Shown here: piece by piece, positions 26,868-36,675 of the stretch
Numbering within the stretch: position 1 is the first letter of the stretch
Layout of the letters: every line of letters begins with the position of its first letter
Virus record (IMG/VR): IMGVR_UViG_3300009678_001574
Length of the DNA: 43,213 bases
From: a virus
Reading direction: 5' to 3' (one strand)
Program-made: the position numbers and the translations under genes
Notes under the pieces: generated by a model
What the model was told of the DNA's origin: nothing
The model's input: the letters and a program-made list of their open reading frames with translations, nothing else
Database searches by the model: none

Positions 26868-27480
26868 TCACGGCTGCGTTGGTGCATGTCCATCATGCAC
26901 CAGGAAACATATGCTTCTGGACCTGATGGAAGAGGCTAATATTCCTGTTGGATATTGGACTTTAAATATGAAAAAGTTTCAAGGTTCAGAAAAGCTAAAA
27001 GAGATAGTAAATAATTATATTACAAATATAGATGCTTACTATATGGAAGGCCATTCTGTTTGTTTGGCTGGCAATCAGGGGACAGGTAAAACCATGTCCT
27101 CAATTTGCATATTGAGAGAGGCATTGAAAAAAAATTATTCAGCCTACTATATTACAGCATCTGATATGTTGAATGAATTAACTGGCCGAGAGGGACATCT
27201 GCGTAAAACGCTTAAGGATGTAGATTTCTTGGTTATAGACGAGCTAGATTCACGATTCTTTCCGAGTGATAGCGCTAAAGAATTGTTTAGTGGTATATAC
27301 GAAAATGTATTTAGGTCTCGCGCCCACAATACACTTCCCACTGTTATATGTACGAACGAGACTCAAGACATTTTAAGTGTCTTTTATGGCGCCGGCGTAC
27401 AATCAATTGACTCATTAAACCACCAATATTTAAATATATATCCAGTGGTAGGTCAAGACTTTAGAAAGAAGATGGAGTAG
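26818..27480 (+). CDS. dnaC: DnaC/IstB-like AAA+ ATPase (helicase loader)
   Basis: HGC…CPSC Zn site, ANIP, GNQGTGKT, FLVIDEL, R….LPTVICTN; directly upstream of dnaB. Start set at ATG 26818. Confidence 0.85.
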   Translation: MSIQKKKQLIKSKLVADHGCVGACPSCTRKHMLLDLMEEANIPVGYWTLNMKKFQGSEKLKEIVNNYITNIDAYYMEGHSVCLAGNQGTGKTMSSICILREALKKNYSAYYITASDMLNELTGREGHLRKTLKDVDFLVIDELDSRFFPSDSAKELFSGIYENVFRSRAHNTLPTVICTNETQDILSVFYGAGVQSIDSLNHQYLNIYPVVGQDFRKKME

Positions 27481-27482
27481 TT

Positions 27483-28889
27483 ATGCAAGATTTAGAGTTA
27501 GACAAAAAGATATTATCATACGCATTAAAAGAAAAGAAATTCACTATGGAGCTAACCAGTTCCATAACAGATAAATATTTTGGTTCAGAGTTACAATGGT
27601 TATTTAGAACTTTAAATCAACACTTTACTGATCCGAAGTTCAAAGAAATTCCGACTGAAAATGTCATCAGAGAATACGCTGCCAAATTGTATGAAGACCA
27701 GGAAGATATAGAGGCCTGCGTCAAAGACTTCAATGATGTAATGGCGGTAGAAGTTGTGCCCAGTGAATTCCATTGGCACCTAGACAAGCTACGAGTTCGT
27801 TATAATACACAGGTTGGCAAAGAGTGTGCTTTAAGCATACACAAGGTATTTAAGACTGAAACAGACGAGAAAGAAAGAATAGATAAAGTTAATAAGATTA
27901 TGCGCGAATCAGTGGTAAGCGTTGATTCTATTTATCGCAAGCAATCTTATAGAGAAGGCTCTTTGGATGAAAGTGCTAAGGAAAGAGCTGTTCGTTATAA
28001 GCACATAGAAGAGAATCCAGACTCGGCCCGTGGTATTCTAACGGGCTTTAAAGAATTCGATCGTATTACAAACGGCTTGCATAAAGGCGAGCTAATGATT
28101 GTTGCCGGTTCAACTGGAACTGGTAAGTCCGTAGTTATGCATAACATAGGCGTTAATGCTTATTTAGGCGGCAATAGTCCCTTCACTCCACCAGAAACTT
28201 GGACTGGGCTCGGTCATAACATATTATATTTCTCTCTAGAAATGCCAAAAGAATCTATGGAACGTCGCATTGATTCGTGTATGGCTGGTATCTTTTACAA
28301 CCAGATACGCGATGGTGTCTTGGCGTCTGAAGATCGTTTGAAGTATTTCAATACTTTGAAGTTCCAGATGCAATACCAGAAACGTTTTCATATTATAGAT
28401 ATGCCAAAGGGCGCAACCACAAGAGAAATAGAATTAAAGTATCTTGAAGTGTGTGAAACTAAATTCAAGCCAGACTTGGTAATCATAGACTATATTGGTA
28501 TTATGAGCCCTAACGAACCTGGCGACTCAGATTGGTTGGCACTTGGTAAGATTGCTGCTGACTTGCATGAGTTCTCTCGTTTGTATGAAATACCTGTAAT
28601 CACGGGCTCACAGGTTAATAGACCTAAAGAACAGGCCGGCGGCAAAATAGATTATTCTACAAATCGCGTTGCTCGTTCAGATATGATTACGAACAATGCT
28701 AATATCATCGTACAAATTGCTTGTAGAGATGACGAATATATTAGAACTGATATGCCCATCTATATCATAAAAATGCGCGATGGTGAAAAGGGCTCATTTA
28801 CTTTAAGTAAGGATTTCGGTAGGATGAAGGTAGTGGATATGGTAGATGAATCTTTTGCCGCTCCTATCGATGTTGAAGATGACTTCTAA
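27483..28889 (+). CDS. dnaB: Replicative DNA helicase, DnaB family
   Basis: TGFKEFD..TNGL, GSTGTGKS, FSLEM, IIDY, SQVNR, KMRDG. Confidence 0.95.
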   Translation: MQDLELDKKILSYALKEKKFTMELTSSITDKYFGSELQWLFRTLNQHFTDPKFKEIPTENVIREYAAKLYEDQEDIEACVKDFNDVMAVEVVPSEFHWHLDKLRVRYNTQVGKECALSIHKVFKTETDEKERIDKVNKIMRESVVSVDSIYRKQSYREGSLDESAKERAVRYKHIEENPDSARGILTGFKEFDRITNGLHKGELMIVAGSTGTGKSVVMHNIGVNAYLGGNSPFTPPETWTGLGHNILYFSLEMPKESMERRIDSCMAGIFYNQIRDGVLASEDRLKYFNTLKFQMQYQKRFHIIDMPKGATTREIELKYLEVCETKFKPDLVIIDYIGIMSPNEPGDSDWLALGKIAADLHEFSRLYEIPVITGSQVNRPKEQAGGKIDYSTNRVARSDMITNNANIIVQIACRDDEYIRTDMPIYIIKMRDGEKGSFTLSKDFGRMKVVDMVDESFAAPIDVEDDF

Positions 28890-29073
28890 AAATGTCGGAA
28901 GAATAATAAGAGTTATTTGGAATAAGGAAACGGACGACGTTCAAGTCGTCATGGAAATTACTGATCCGCAATTCAAAGCTCGTGTAATACATAATAAAGA
29001 CTTACAGGACGTATTAACTTTTGAGGGTAAAGACGTAATGGTAGTAGCATCAAAGAGCAGAAAACATGAGTAA
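28879..29073 (+). CDS. Hypothetical protein (about 64 aa)
   Basis: Fills the gap between dnaB and the HAD gene; start uncertain (28846-28879). Confidence 0.55.
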   Translation: MTSKNVGRIIRVIWNKETDDVQVVMEITDPQFKARVIHNKDLQDVLTFEGKDVMVVASKSRKHE

Positions 29074-29896
29074 GAGATTAGAGATAATTATTTTTGATAT
29101 GGATGATACCATTTCAGAAAGTAAAACTGATGTCAAAGAGGAAATGGCTCACGCTATTTCTAATTTATTATCCATAACTCAAGTGGGTATTATTTCCGGC
29201 TGTGCTTATACGCAATTTACTAATCAACTTTTACAGCCGCTAGAAATGTATTGCCCGGATATAAAAAACAAATATATGTATGATCCAGAAGATAGAGCTA
29301 AAGGCTTGTATTTAATGCCGTCGTCGGGTGCTCAGTTATATCATTATCAAAACGATACTTGGGTTCAGCGCTATAATGAAAATTTGCACTTGCGTGAAAA
29401 GGTAGAGATATATAAAGTCTTTGAGTTAGCCTGTGAGGCAACTAACTTACACCCTTTATATACTGGTGAGTACGGTGAAATAGCAGAAGACCGCGAAAGT
29501 CAGATTACTTTTTCTATGTTAGGTCAGAAGGCTCCATTAGAAGTTAAGAAACCTTATGATCCAGATCAATCGAAACGACTTCGTGTTGCTTCTTGGATGA
29601 ACGGATATTTTGCTGGCAGTGGTTCTAATTTTGAAGTCACTGTAGGTGGCGCAAGTTCTATGGATGTTACGCGCAAAGGCTCTAACAAGGGAGCTGGCGT
29701 AGATAAGCTAATAGCCTTCCTAGACTTCATACCAAAAGAACGCATATTATTTGTTGCAGATGCTTTATTTCCCGGTGGCAACGATTACTCAGTTAGAAGC
29801 TTGGGTATAGATTGTATACAGGTAAAGAACCCTGAAGAGACCCTAGAAGTTATTAATTGTGTATTAGACAAGGAGAAAAGAGATGCCTCTGTTTAG
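29066..29896 (+). CDS. HAD-IIB hydrolase, alpha-phosphomannomutase-like
   Basis: FDMDDT, ISG, EDRESQITFS, GGASSMD, NK, ADALFPGGNDY. Confidence 0.85.
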   Translation: MSKRLEIIIFDMDDTISESKTDVKEEMAHAISNLLSITQVGIISGCAYTQFTNQLLQPLEMYCPDIKNKYMYDPEDRAKGLYLMPSSGAQLYHYQNDTWVQRYNENLHLREKVEIYKVFELACEATNLHPLYTGEYGEIAEDRESQITFSMLGQKAPLEVKKPYDPDQSKRLRVASWMNGYFAGSGSNFEVTVGGASSMDVTRKGSNKGAGVDKLIAFLDFIPKERILFVADALFPGGNDYSVRSLGIDCIQVKNPEETLEVINCVLDKEKRDASV

Positions 29897-30146
29897 TTAT
29901 GGGTGTGTTAGTTGCGAATTTGTTGTGGAAAAATTTCAACATAATGCGGTTGATAAGCCGCAGTTAGTTTGTCCAGACTGTGATGGTTATGAATTTGAGC
30001 GTTTATTCTCATCTCACCATAACAGGACTATTCTAAATTCAAAAGAAACATACTCGCAGCAGATTAAACCCGATATTGATAGAATTTCCAGAAATATAAG
30101 TAAGGGCAAAGATAAGGATTTTACTGATGTTTATGGCGAAAAGTAA
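29883..30146 (+). CDS. FmdB-family zinc-ribbon protein
   Basis: MPLFSYGCVSC…CPDC…ERLFS; AAGGAG SD. Confidence 0.8.
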   Translation: MPLFSYGCVSCEFVVEKFQHNAVDKPQLVCPDCDGYEFERLFSSHHNRTILNSKETYSQQIKPDIDRISRNISKGKDKDFTDVYGEK

Positions 30147-30179
30147 GTGAAACGGTGTAATATTATATAAGGAGCCTGA

Positions 30180-32153
30180 ATGAGCAAGATTATGGTAATC
30201 AATGGAGGAATTGAGATGGCTAACGAAGAAGGACAACATGATATTTTTGCTGATATAGCAGAATTCACAAAAAACACCAATGTAGAAACTTGGCGTGGAA
30301 CCTTTAGGGATTTTATACCGTTGGTACAAGCAAATCCCAAACTGGCGCAGCTTTCACATGCGCGCATTTTGGATATGATTGAGAGCGCGGGAACAGAATA
30401 CGATGAGGCAGATAAGAACAAACAACTACCAACATATAAGTTCTTTGCGAACGATTTGTTTGGTGTTCAAGAACCAATTAGAAAAGTAGTTAAATATCTT
30501 AAAGCAGCTGCATCTGGCTCTCAGGTCGGTCGCAGAATTCTCTTGCTATACGGGCCCACTAGTTCGGGTAAGAGTCAATTGGCCACACTTTTGAAGAATG
30601 GCCTTGAGCAATGGACACGCACCGAAGATGGTGCTGTGTATGCCATAGAAGGCTGTCCAATCCACGAAAATCCTCTTAACCTCGTTCCACATGGCCTTCG
30701 TAAGAAGTTCAGAGAAGACTATGGTATTAAGATAGATCCACTTGCTAGACTTTGCCCTGTTTGCCAATTTAAATTGGAAAATGAAATGGGCGCTGATTGG
30801 CTATCCGTGCCGGTAAAGCGTATATTGTTTTCAGAAGCAGCGCGCACAGGTATTGGAACCTTCCTACCAGGCGATACTAAAAATCAATCTATTACCGAAT
30901 TAGTTGGTTCTGTCGACTTTAGTAAGTTGAGTGAGTTCGGCGTTGAATCCGATCCACGCGCTTACAAGTTTGACGGTGAATTAAACGTAGCTAATCGTGG
31001 TGTAATGGAAATGATTGAAATGCTTAAGGTTGATCCAAAGTTCTTGTATGTTCTATTAACCTTAGCACAAGAAAAGACTATTAAGACTGAACGCTTTCCG
31101 CTGATATACGCGGACGAATTCATCCTAGCACACACCAATGAAACTGAATACACTCGTTTCATTGGCGACAACAAGATGGAAGCCTTACACGATCGTATTA
31201 TCGTAGTTAAGTTTGGCTATAACGTAATCTTGAATGAAGAGGTTAAGATATACGAGAAGTTGGTTAATGAGGCTGATTTCGGTAGCGTTCATATAGCCCC
31301 GCTAACTTTAAAGGTAGCATCGATGTTTGCCGTTCTAACTCGTTTAGAAGAAGCAAAAGACCAAAATCTTTCTTTGTTGAAGAAGATGCAATTGTATAAC
31401 GGTGAGGACGTCGAAGGCTTTACTCAAGAAGACATCAAGAATATTAAATCTGATGTTGCCCGCGAAGGAATGATTGGCATCAGCCCACGTTATATCTTTA
31501 ACTGTGTGGCCGAATGCTTTACCAAACATGACTTAAATTGTATTACTCCGATAGACGTATTACGCGCTATCAAAGAAAACTTTGAAAGCAGTGCTAAATT
31601 CTCCAAAGATGACATCGATCACTTTGATGAATTGCTAACCGTAGTAGTTGAAGAATATACTAAGATGGCAAAGAATGAAGTACAGAAAGCTTTCTTCGTA
31701 AATTTCTCTTCTGAAATTAAGAATCTATTGAATAACTACATTGATAACGTCGGTGCCTATTTGGATGACCGCGAAGTTGTAAATGAATTCGGCGAACACC
31801 ACGAACCAGATGAGCATTTGATGCGCTCTATTGAAGAAAAGGTTGGTGTTAGCGAAGCAGCCAAGGATAGCTTCCGTCAAGAAGTGTATCGTAAAGTAAT
31901 TAAGTCTAAAGCCGAGAACGGTGACTTTGATTACAAGGCACATGCCAAATTGAGAGAGGCTCTAGAACGTCAGTTGTTTGATGAGCGCAGTGATGTTATT
32001 AGACTCACCGTAAGCTCAAGAAACCCAGACCCAGAAGCACTTAAGAAGCTTAATGGCGTAATTGCGACGCTTGTAGATCAGTATGGCTACAACGTCGAGT
32101 CTGCTAACCAACTATTACGTTATGTTAATAGTTTAATGTCTAGAACCACTTAA
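30180..32153 (+). CDS. prkA: PrkA/YeaG-family AAA+ ATPase (annotated serine protein kinase)
   Basis: LLLYGPTSSGKS, CPIHENPL, ESDPRAYKFDGELNVANRG, EMLK, AHTNE, EALHDR, GISPRY. Alternative start at 30216. Confidence 0.95.
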   Translation: MSKIMVINGGIEMANEEGQHDIFADIAEFTKNTNVETWRGTFRDFIPLVQANPKLAQLSHARILDMIESAGTEYDEADKNKQLPTYKFFANDLFGVQEPIRKVVKYLKAAASGSQVGRRILLLYGPTSSGKSQLATLLKNGLEQWTRTEDGAVYAIEGCPIHENPLNLVPHGLRKKFREDYGIKIDPLARLCPVCQFKLENEMGADWLSVPVKRILFSEAARTGIGTFLPGDTKNQSITELVGSVDFSKLSEFGVESDPRAYKFDGELNVANRGVMEMIEMLKVDPKFLYVLLTLAQEKTIKTERFPLIYADEFILAHTNETEYTRFIGDNKMEALHDRIIVVKFGYNVILNEEVKIYEKLVNEADFGSVHIAPLTLKVASMFAVLTRLEEAKDQNLSLLKKMQLYNGEDVEGFTQEDIKNIKSDVAREGMIGISPRYIFNCVAECFTKHDLNCITPIDVLRAIKENFESSAKFSKDDIDHFDELLTVVVEEYTKMAKNEVQKAFFVNFSSEIKNLLNNYIDNVGAYLDDREVVNEFGEHHEPDEHLMRSIEEKVGVSEAAKDSFRQEVYRKVIKSKAENGDFDYKAHAKLREALERQLFDERSDVIRLTVSSRNPDPEALKKLNGVIATLVDQYGYNVESANQLLRYVNSLMSRTT

Positions 32154-32476
32154 TGAATGATGCCAGTATAGATATTTTTAGGGAAGAAATGCCCAACCTT
32201 AATTTCTTTAAGGTCGGGATAGGCCGGAGAGAGCCTAGATTATTCGCTAGTCTAGAAGATTCATTAGGCATAAAGACCGTAACATCATTTGGTTTTGATT
32301 TAGTAGAATCAATAGACGTTCTGGATAGAATAGAAGATGAGACTTTAATAATACTTCTTTCTATGGCCCATGGTGTAATGTTTGCTGAATCAAGAATGTG
32401 TTATTTTCTTCCAAAACAATTTGAACAACTCAAAGAAGACTATTTGGTTATGAAACTTTCTGGAGTCAAACAATGA
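32153..32476 (+). CDS. Hypothetical protein (107 aa)
   Basis: TAATG- and ATGA-coupled between prkA and yeaH. Confidence 0.6.
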   Translation: MNDASIDIFREEMPNLNFFKVGIGRREPRLFASLEDSLGIKTVTSFGFDLVESIDVLDRIEDETLIILLSMAHGVMFAESRMCYFLPKQFEQLKEDYLVMKLSGVKQ

Positions 32477-33648
32477 CTGATTCGCTATTAGATATTTGGT
32501 CTATGCGCAAGCGTGGTAAAAGAGACCATGCTCGGCATTCCCAGCGCGTCAAAAAAGCTATCAGAGAAAATCTAAAAGACCTGGTTTCTGATTCTAGTAT
32601 TATTTCTTCCGACGGTAAAAAGAAAGTTAAGATACCTCTTAAGTATCTAGATAACTATCGTTTTAAGCACCAAGAAGATAAAAATAATGAAGGTGTTGGG
32701 CAGGGCGATAAGAAGCATAAACCCGGTGATCCTATTGCGCACGATGGAACCGGACAAAAGGGTTCTGGCAAAGGCCAACCTGACAATCAAGCGGGCGACG
32801 AAGTCTATGAAGAAGAGATTGAAATAGCTGACATCGTTCAAATGATGTTAGAAGACTTGGGTCTCCCGTGGCTAGAATCTAAAGATAGCTCTGTTGAAGT
32901 AGAAACAGAGAATATTAAATTTACAGATATTTCAGAAGTAGGTCCGCTTTCAAACGTGGATAAACGCAGAACAATCTTTGAGAACCTAAAAAGAAACGCA
33001 AAGAACGGCGATGCAACTATAAAGAATATCCGTCCAGAAGATTTGCGATATAAAGTATGGGATGTTGAAAAAGAATATCATTCCAATGCGGCAGTATATT
33101 TTCTAATGGATCGTTCAGGTAGTATGGATGATGAGAAAAAGTATATTGCTAAATCATTCTTTTTTTGGTTGGCTCACTTTTGTAAAACCAAATACAGCCA
33201 AGTAGAATTAATATTTATAGCACATGATACTACAGCTAGAATAGTTCCAGAAGAAAACTTTTTTAAGATTTCTAACAGCGGTGGAACGATGTGTAGCTCA
33301 GCCTTCAAGCTTACACACGAACACATAATAGCTAATCATCCACCAGAATTGTGGAATAACTATGTATTCTCTTTCAGTGACGGCGATAACTGGCCCACTG
33401 ATAACGAAGAATGTATTAAAATAGTTAACAAGCTATTAGAAGTATGCACAGCCGTTGGTTATGGAGAAATTAACACGGAAAGTTTTGTTGGAGCAATGCC
33501 TGCCGGTGCTAATCCAGCTTGGTCTACCTTACATCAAGAATTTTCTAAGAGCGTAACTCACAAAAGATTTATGACTGCTGCGATTTCCAAGAAAGAGGAT
33601 ATCTACTCCTGCCTAAAACAGTTCTTGGGGATCAAAAATGATGGATGA
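32473..33648 (+). CDS. yeaH: YeaH/YhbH (DUF444) vWA-domain protein
   Basis: D..RH..RVK.AI, Gly-rich linker, EDLGLPWL, EDLRY, MDRSGSM, GGTMCSSA, SDGDNW. Confidence 0.93.
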   Translation: MTDSLLDIWSMRKRGKRDHARHSQRVKKAIRENLKDLVSDSSIISSDGKKKVKIPLKYLDNYRFKHQEDKNNEGVGQGDKKHKPGDPIAHDGTGQKGSGKGQPDNQAGDEVYEEEIEIADIVQMMLEDLGLPWLESKDSSVEVETENIKFTDISEVGPLSNVDKRRTIFENLKRNAKNGDATIKNIRPEDLRYKVWDVEKEYHSNAAVYFLMDRSGSMDDEKKYIAKSFFFWLAHFCKTKYSQVELIFIAHDTTARIVPEENFFKISNSGGTMCSSAFKLTHEHIIANHPPELWNNYVFSFSDGDNWPTDNEECIKIVNKLLEVCTAVGYGEINTESFVGAMPAGANPAWSTLHQEFSKSVTHKRFMTAAISKKEDIYSCLKQFLGIKNDG

Positions 33649-34027
33649 GCACCAGTTAGCACGACATATAATTACATTAGACAGAGATATAGCAGACAGT
33701 GTAGATATAATAAGAACCACTGCACCCGAATTTTTGGTAGAGAGATATAAAGACTGCAATATTGATTGTCTAGATATCTTTCTTGCTATCATAGATGCTA
33801 AGATACCAGATCTATTTTCTGATGTTAAAAGTGTATATATAAAGTATCTTGATAAAGATGCTCTATATGCAATATGGGCCTCATATATAGTAGGCAAGCC
33901 GCTTGAAGTAGATAACGAAAGCTTCAAGGATGAGATAGAGGGCGCAAAAAATCGATGGCTTATGTCAGTGGTTATGTCTATGGATGAAACTATGGACCTA
34001 ATAGAGGCTGGAGGCTTCGATAACTAA
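33638..34027 (+). CDS. Hypothetical acidic protein (129 aa)
   Basis: Overlaps the yeaH stop. Confidence 0.6.
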   Translation: MMDEHQLARHIITLDRDIADSVDIIRTTAPEFLVERYKDCNIDCLDIFLAIIDAKIPDLFSDVKSVYIKYLDKDALYAIWASYIVGKPLEVDNESFKDEIEGAKNRWLMSVVMSMDETMDLIEAGGFDN

Positions 34028-34489
34028 ATGAAAGAAACAGACCTAGAGTTGTTCAGGTGGAATTGGTATAGATTACGAGTAAGGGACATAAAAGCAAATC
34101 GCAACGCCGCACTTGGACTACGAACTTTTTGGTCTGAGTACGGCGTTTTTGTTTCTACGCTCCCCAGACAATCTGGCAAATCTGAAATGATAATAAAAAT
34201 GGCCGAAGCATTAGAAAATGATGGAGAGAATTTTCTAATCATAGTATTGAATGAAAATATGAAAAGACATCTCTCTGGAATGGCACCTAATATATATCCT
34301 GGCAAAATAAGAACCAATCCGGGAGCGATGATGTCTTTCTATCGTCTTGGTGCAGACAGCAGACCGGAAGACACACATATACTAATTGACGAGTATGAAT
34401 ACTTACATAATCAAGCTATGGGATGGATAATGAATGAAAATTGGAAATCCATATCGTTGGTTGGAAGTTATAAATTGAGGGCAACATGA
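34028..34489 (+). CDS. Minimal single-domain P-loop NTPase-like protein
   Basis: Walker A-like LPRQSGKS, Walker B-like ILIDE, motif-III-like LVGS; 153 aa; GGAGG upstream. Confidence 0.65.
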   Translation: MKETDLELFRWNWYRLRVRDIKANRNAALGLRTFWSEYGVFVSTLPRQSGKSEMIIKMAEALENDGENFLIIVLNENMKRHLSGMAPNIYPGKIRTNPGAMMSFYRLGADSRPEDTHILIDEYEYLHNQAMGWIMNENWKSISLVGSYKLRAT

Positions 34490-35907
34490 GCAAAGAAGAC
34501 GTAATCCAAAGAATTAAGGACATAGAACAACTGGCCAAGGACTCCGGTTTAGATTTCTTTCCAACCGTATTTGAGTTTGTTAATCGAGACATTATGCTCG
34601 AAGCCTGTTCCTATGGTTTGCCGGTCCGTGCTCGCCACTGGTCTTATGGGCGTTCCTACCAGCATCAGAAAGTATATGGCGAGATGGGCTTCTCAAAGGT
34701 TTATGAGATTGTCTTTAATAACAATCCATCGTATGCTTTTCTTTTAGATACCAACCAAGACATCATAAACATAATGGTCGGAGCACATGTCTTCGGTCAC
34801 GTTCATTTCTTTAAGCACAATGCGATGTTCCAAGGCTCAGACCGCAATATGATTCATCGTGCAGCAGAACGAGCTGCAAGAGTAGATACTTATATCGCTC
34901 AATATGGCCTCGAAAAAGTTGAACATTTGATGGATATTGCATTCTCAATTGATAATCATATTGATTGGCATAAAGGACTTTTTAGACGCAAGTATCCTGG
35001 TAAAGAAATAGTTGAAGAGCGTAACCGTAAAGATGAGTTCTCAGATCTATTAAATATTGGTGATAATAGTAGAAGAAGTTTAACGCTCAGAACTACTGGC
35101 GGCAAGCTCCCACCACATCCTGAAAAAGATTTGTTGTGGTTTTTAGTTAACTATGCACCAATGGAAGAGTGGGAAAAGGACGTTCTAGCTATTATTCGTG
35201 AAGAGTCCTATTACTTTTATCCAATAGTAATGACCAAAATTATGAACGAAGGCTTTGCTTCATTTTGGCACGCTGAACTTATGTATAAGTACAACGCAGT
35301 TAAGGAAGATGAGTATATAGAATTTTGTAAGTGTCATTCTGGAGTCGTAAATCCGGGCAATAGATTTAATATCAATCCCTATTATTTGGGCTTTAAAGTA
35401 TTTACTGATATACGCGAGAAATGGGACGAACTATACAAGCAAGGCAAATCAGAAATTAATGGAATACAAAAGGTTCTCAAGGTCGCCGCGGAAGAAGATG
35501 ACGCCTCCTTTTTAAGGAACTACCTAACGAAGGAGTTGGCTAGTGAGATTGGACTTTTCAATTACGGCTACAAGTTAAAACGTGAGCCGGGACTTGATGA
35601 AGATCAGTTATCTGAAGAGCACGGTATTATAGAACTAAAGGATAGAGACCTAAATAAAGTTATAGAAAACATAATTCGTCCAACAATAAATTATGGCGCA
35701 CCTCTCATTACAGTTGATGAAATAGATGGCGATACACTGATAATAAAACACTCAGATATATTTGGGCCACTAGATGAGAAGTATACCGAAAAGACTATGG
35801 AATACCTATATGAATTGTGGGGCGGACCTGTTGAACTGAAAACCTATGACGACGACAAAAAAGAAATAGTATATTGTTTTGATGAAAGTGGATTCGATTT
35901 GTTATAG
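34486..35907 (+). CDS. spoVR: SpoVR/YcgB family protein
   Basis: GLDFFP, YGLP.R..HWSYG, YEIV.NNNP, AHVFGHVHFFKHN, YFYP…TKIMNEGFASFWH, NPY.LG. Confidence 0.95.
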   Translation: MSKEDVIQRIKDIEQLAKDSGLDFFPTVFEFVNRDIMLEACSYGLPVRARHWSYGRSYQHQKVYGEMGFSKVYEIVFNNNPSYAFLLDTNQDIINIMVGAHVFGHVHFFKHNAMFQGSDRNMIHRAAERAARVDTYIAQYGLEKVEHLMDIAFSIDNHIDWHKGLFRRKYPGKEIVEERNRKDEFSDLLNIGDNSRRSLTLRTTGGKLPPHPEKDLLWFLVNYAPMEEWEKDVLAIIREESYYFYPIVMTKIMNEGFASFWHAELMYKYNAVKEDEYIEFCKCHSGVVNPGNRFNINPYYLGFKVFTDIREKWDELYKQGKSEINGIQKVLKVAAEEDDASFLRNYLTKELASEIGLFNYGYKLKREPGLDEDQLSEEHGIIELKDRDLNKVIENIIRPTINYGAPLITVDEIDGDTLIIKHSDIFGPLDEKYTEKTMEYLYELWGGPVELKTYDDDKKEIVYCFDESGFDLL

Positions 35908-35922
35908 GAGGAGCATTCCCAC

Positions 35923-36087
35923 ATGGGCATTTGGAAAACTACCAAGACCCCCAATAGTAAGCAAAAAGCAGAAATTGACATTAAAGCCCTCAAATTACGT
36001 TTGCAGTCGCTAGTCAAAGAGGGTAATATAGAGATAGTACAGCTTGCTATTGAGTCATTGCTTGACGAGCTAGAAGAACAAAAGTAA
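35923..36087 (+). CDS. Small hypothetical protein (54 aa), not in the ORF track
   Basis: MGIWKTTKTPNSKQKAEIDIKALKLRLQSLVKEGNIEIVQLAIESLLDELEEQK*; AGGAGGAG upstream; fills the gap. Confidence 0.65.
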   Translation: MGIWKTTKTPNSKQKAEIDIKALKLRLQSLVKEGNIEIVQLAIESLLDELEEQK

Positions 36088-36099
36088 AAAGGGGTAGAT

Positions 36100-36675
36100 A
36101 TGTATAAGATTGGTATTATTGGTCATAATCCTGAAGATTTTATTGACCAAGATAATGCTACTCGTTCTATTGATCGAGTCATTGAACTATTGTTTCACCA
36201 ATATGGTAGAATGAATCAATCGCTCGACAACGACGGTATATTCTATAATCATAATACTAGCCTCGTATTAAACATACTGGGCAATGTCGGCGCAGGTATA
36301 TGGGCAGGAAAAGCTTGTAAAAAGCACGGTGTTAAATATCACTTGTTCCTACCTTTCCCTCACGAAACAACTTCACAATTTTGGTATGAAAGCCAAAAGG
36401 CAGAATTGAACGACTTATTTCTGTCTTCCTATGAAACTTCCACCCAATCATTTGATCAAGATGAAGGGAGCGCCTTTGATAGTGCAAATGCGGCCTTAGT
36501 GGACAACTCTAATTTCGTTGTCGCATTTTGGGAACATAAGAGAATAGGAAAGACATTCGATGCAATTAAATACGCTTTAAGCACGAGCAAATTAGTTTTA
36601 GACGGCATGAATGATTTAAAACTAATTACAAATTCAGACTTACAAAAAAGGTTAGAACATGGAAGAGACAAATAA
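36100..36675 (+). CDS. SLOG-superfamily protein, YpsA/DUF1273-like
   Basis: IGIIGHNP (cf. TGHRP), GNVGAGIWAG (cf. GA.GVD.WA), LFLPF…W, N.ALVDNSNFVVAFW…GKT…IKYA. Confidence 0.75.
   Translation: MYKIGIIGHNPEDFIDQDNATRSIDRVIELLFHQYGRMNQSLDNDGIFYNHNTSLVLNILGNVGAGIWAGKACKKHGVKYHLFLPFPHETTSQFWYESQKAELNDLFLSSYETSTQSFDQDEGSAFDSANAALVDNSNFVVAFWEHKRIGKTFDAIKYALSTSKLVLDGMNDLKLITNSDLQKRLEHGRDK

Noticed and set aside
34028-34489. The genome's true large terminase
   Set aside because: Only 153 aa, no nuclease domain, and no portal or capsid genes nearby.
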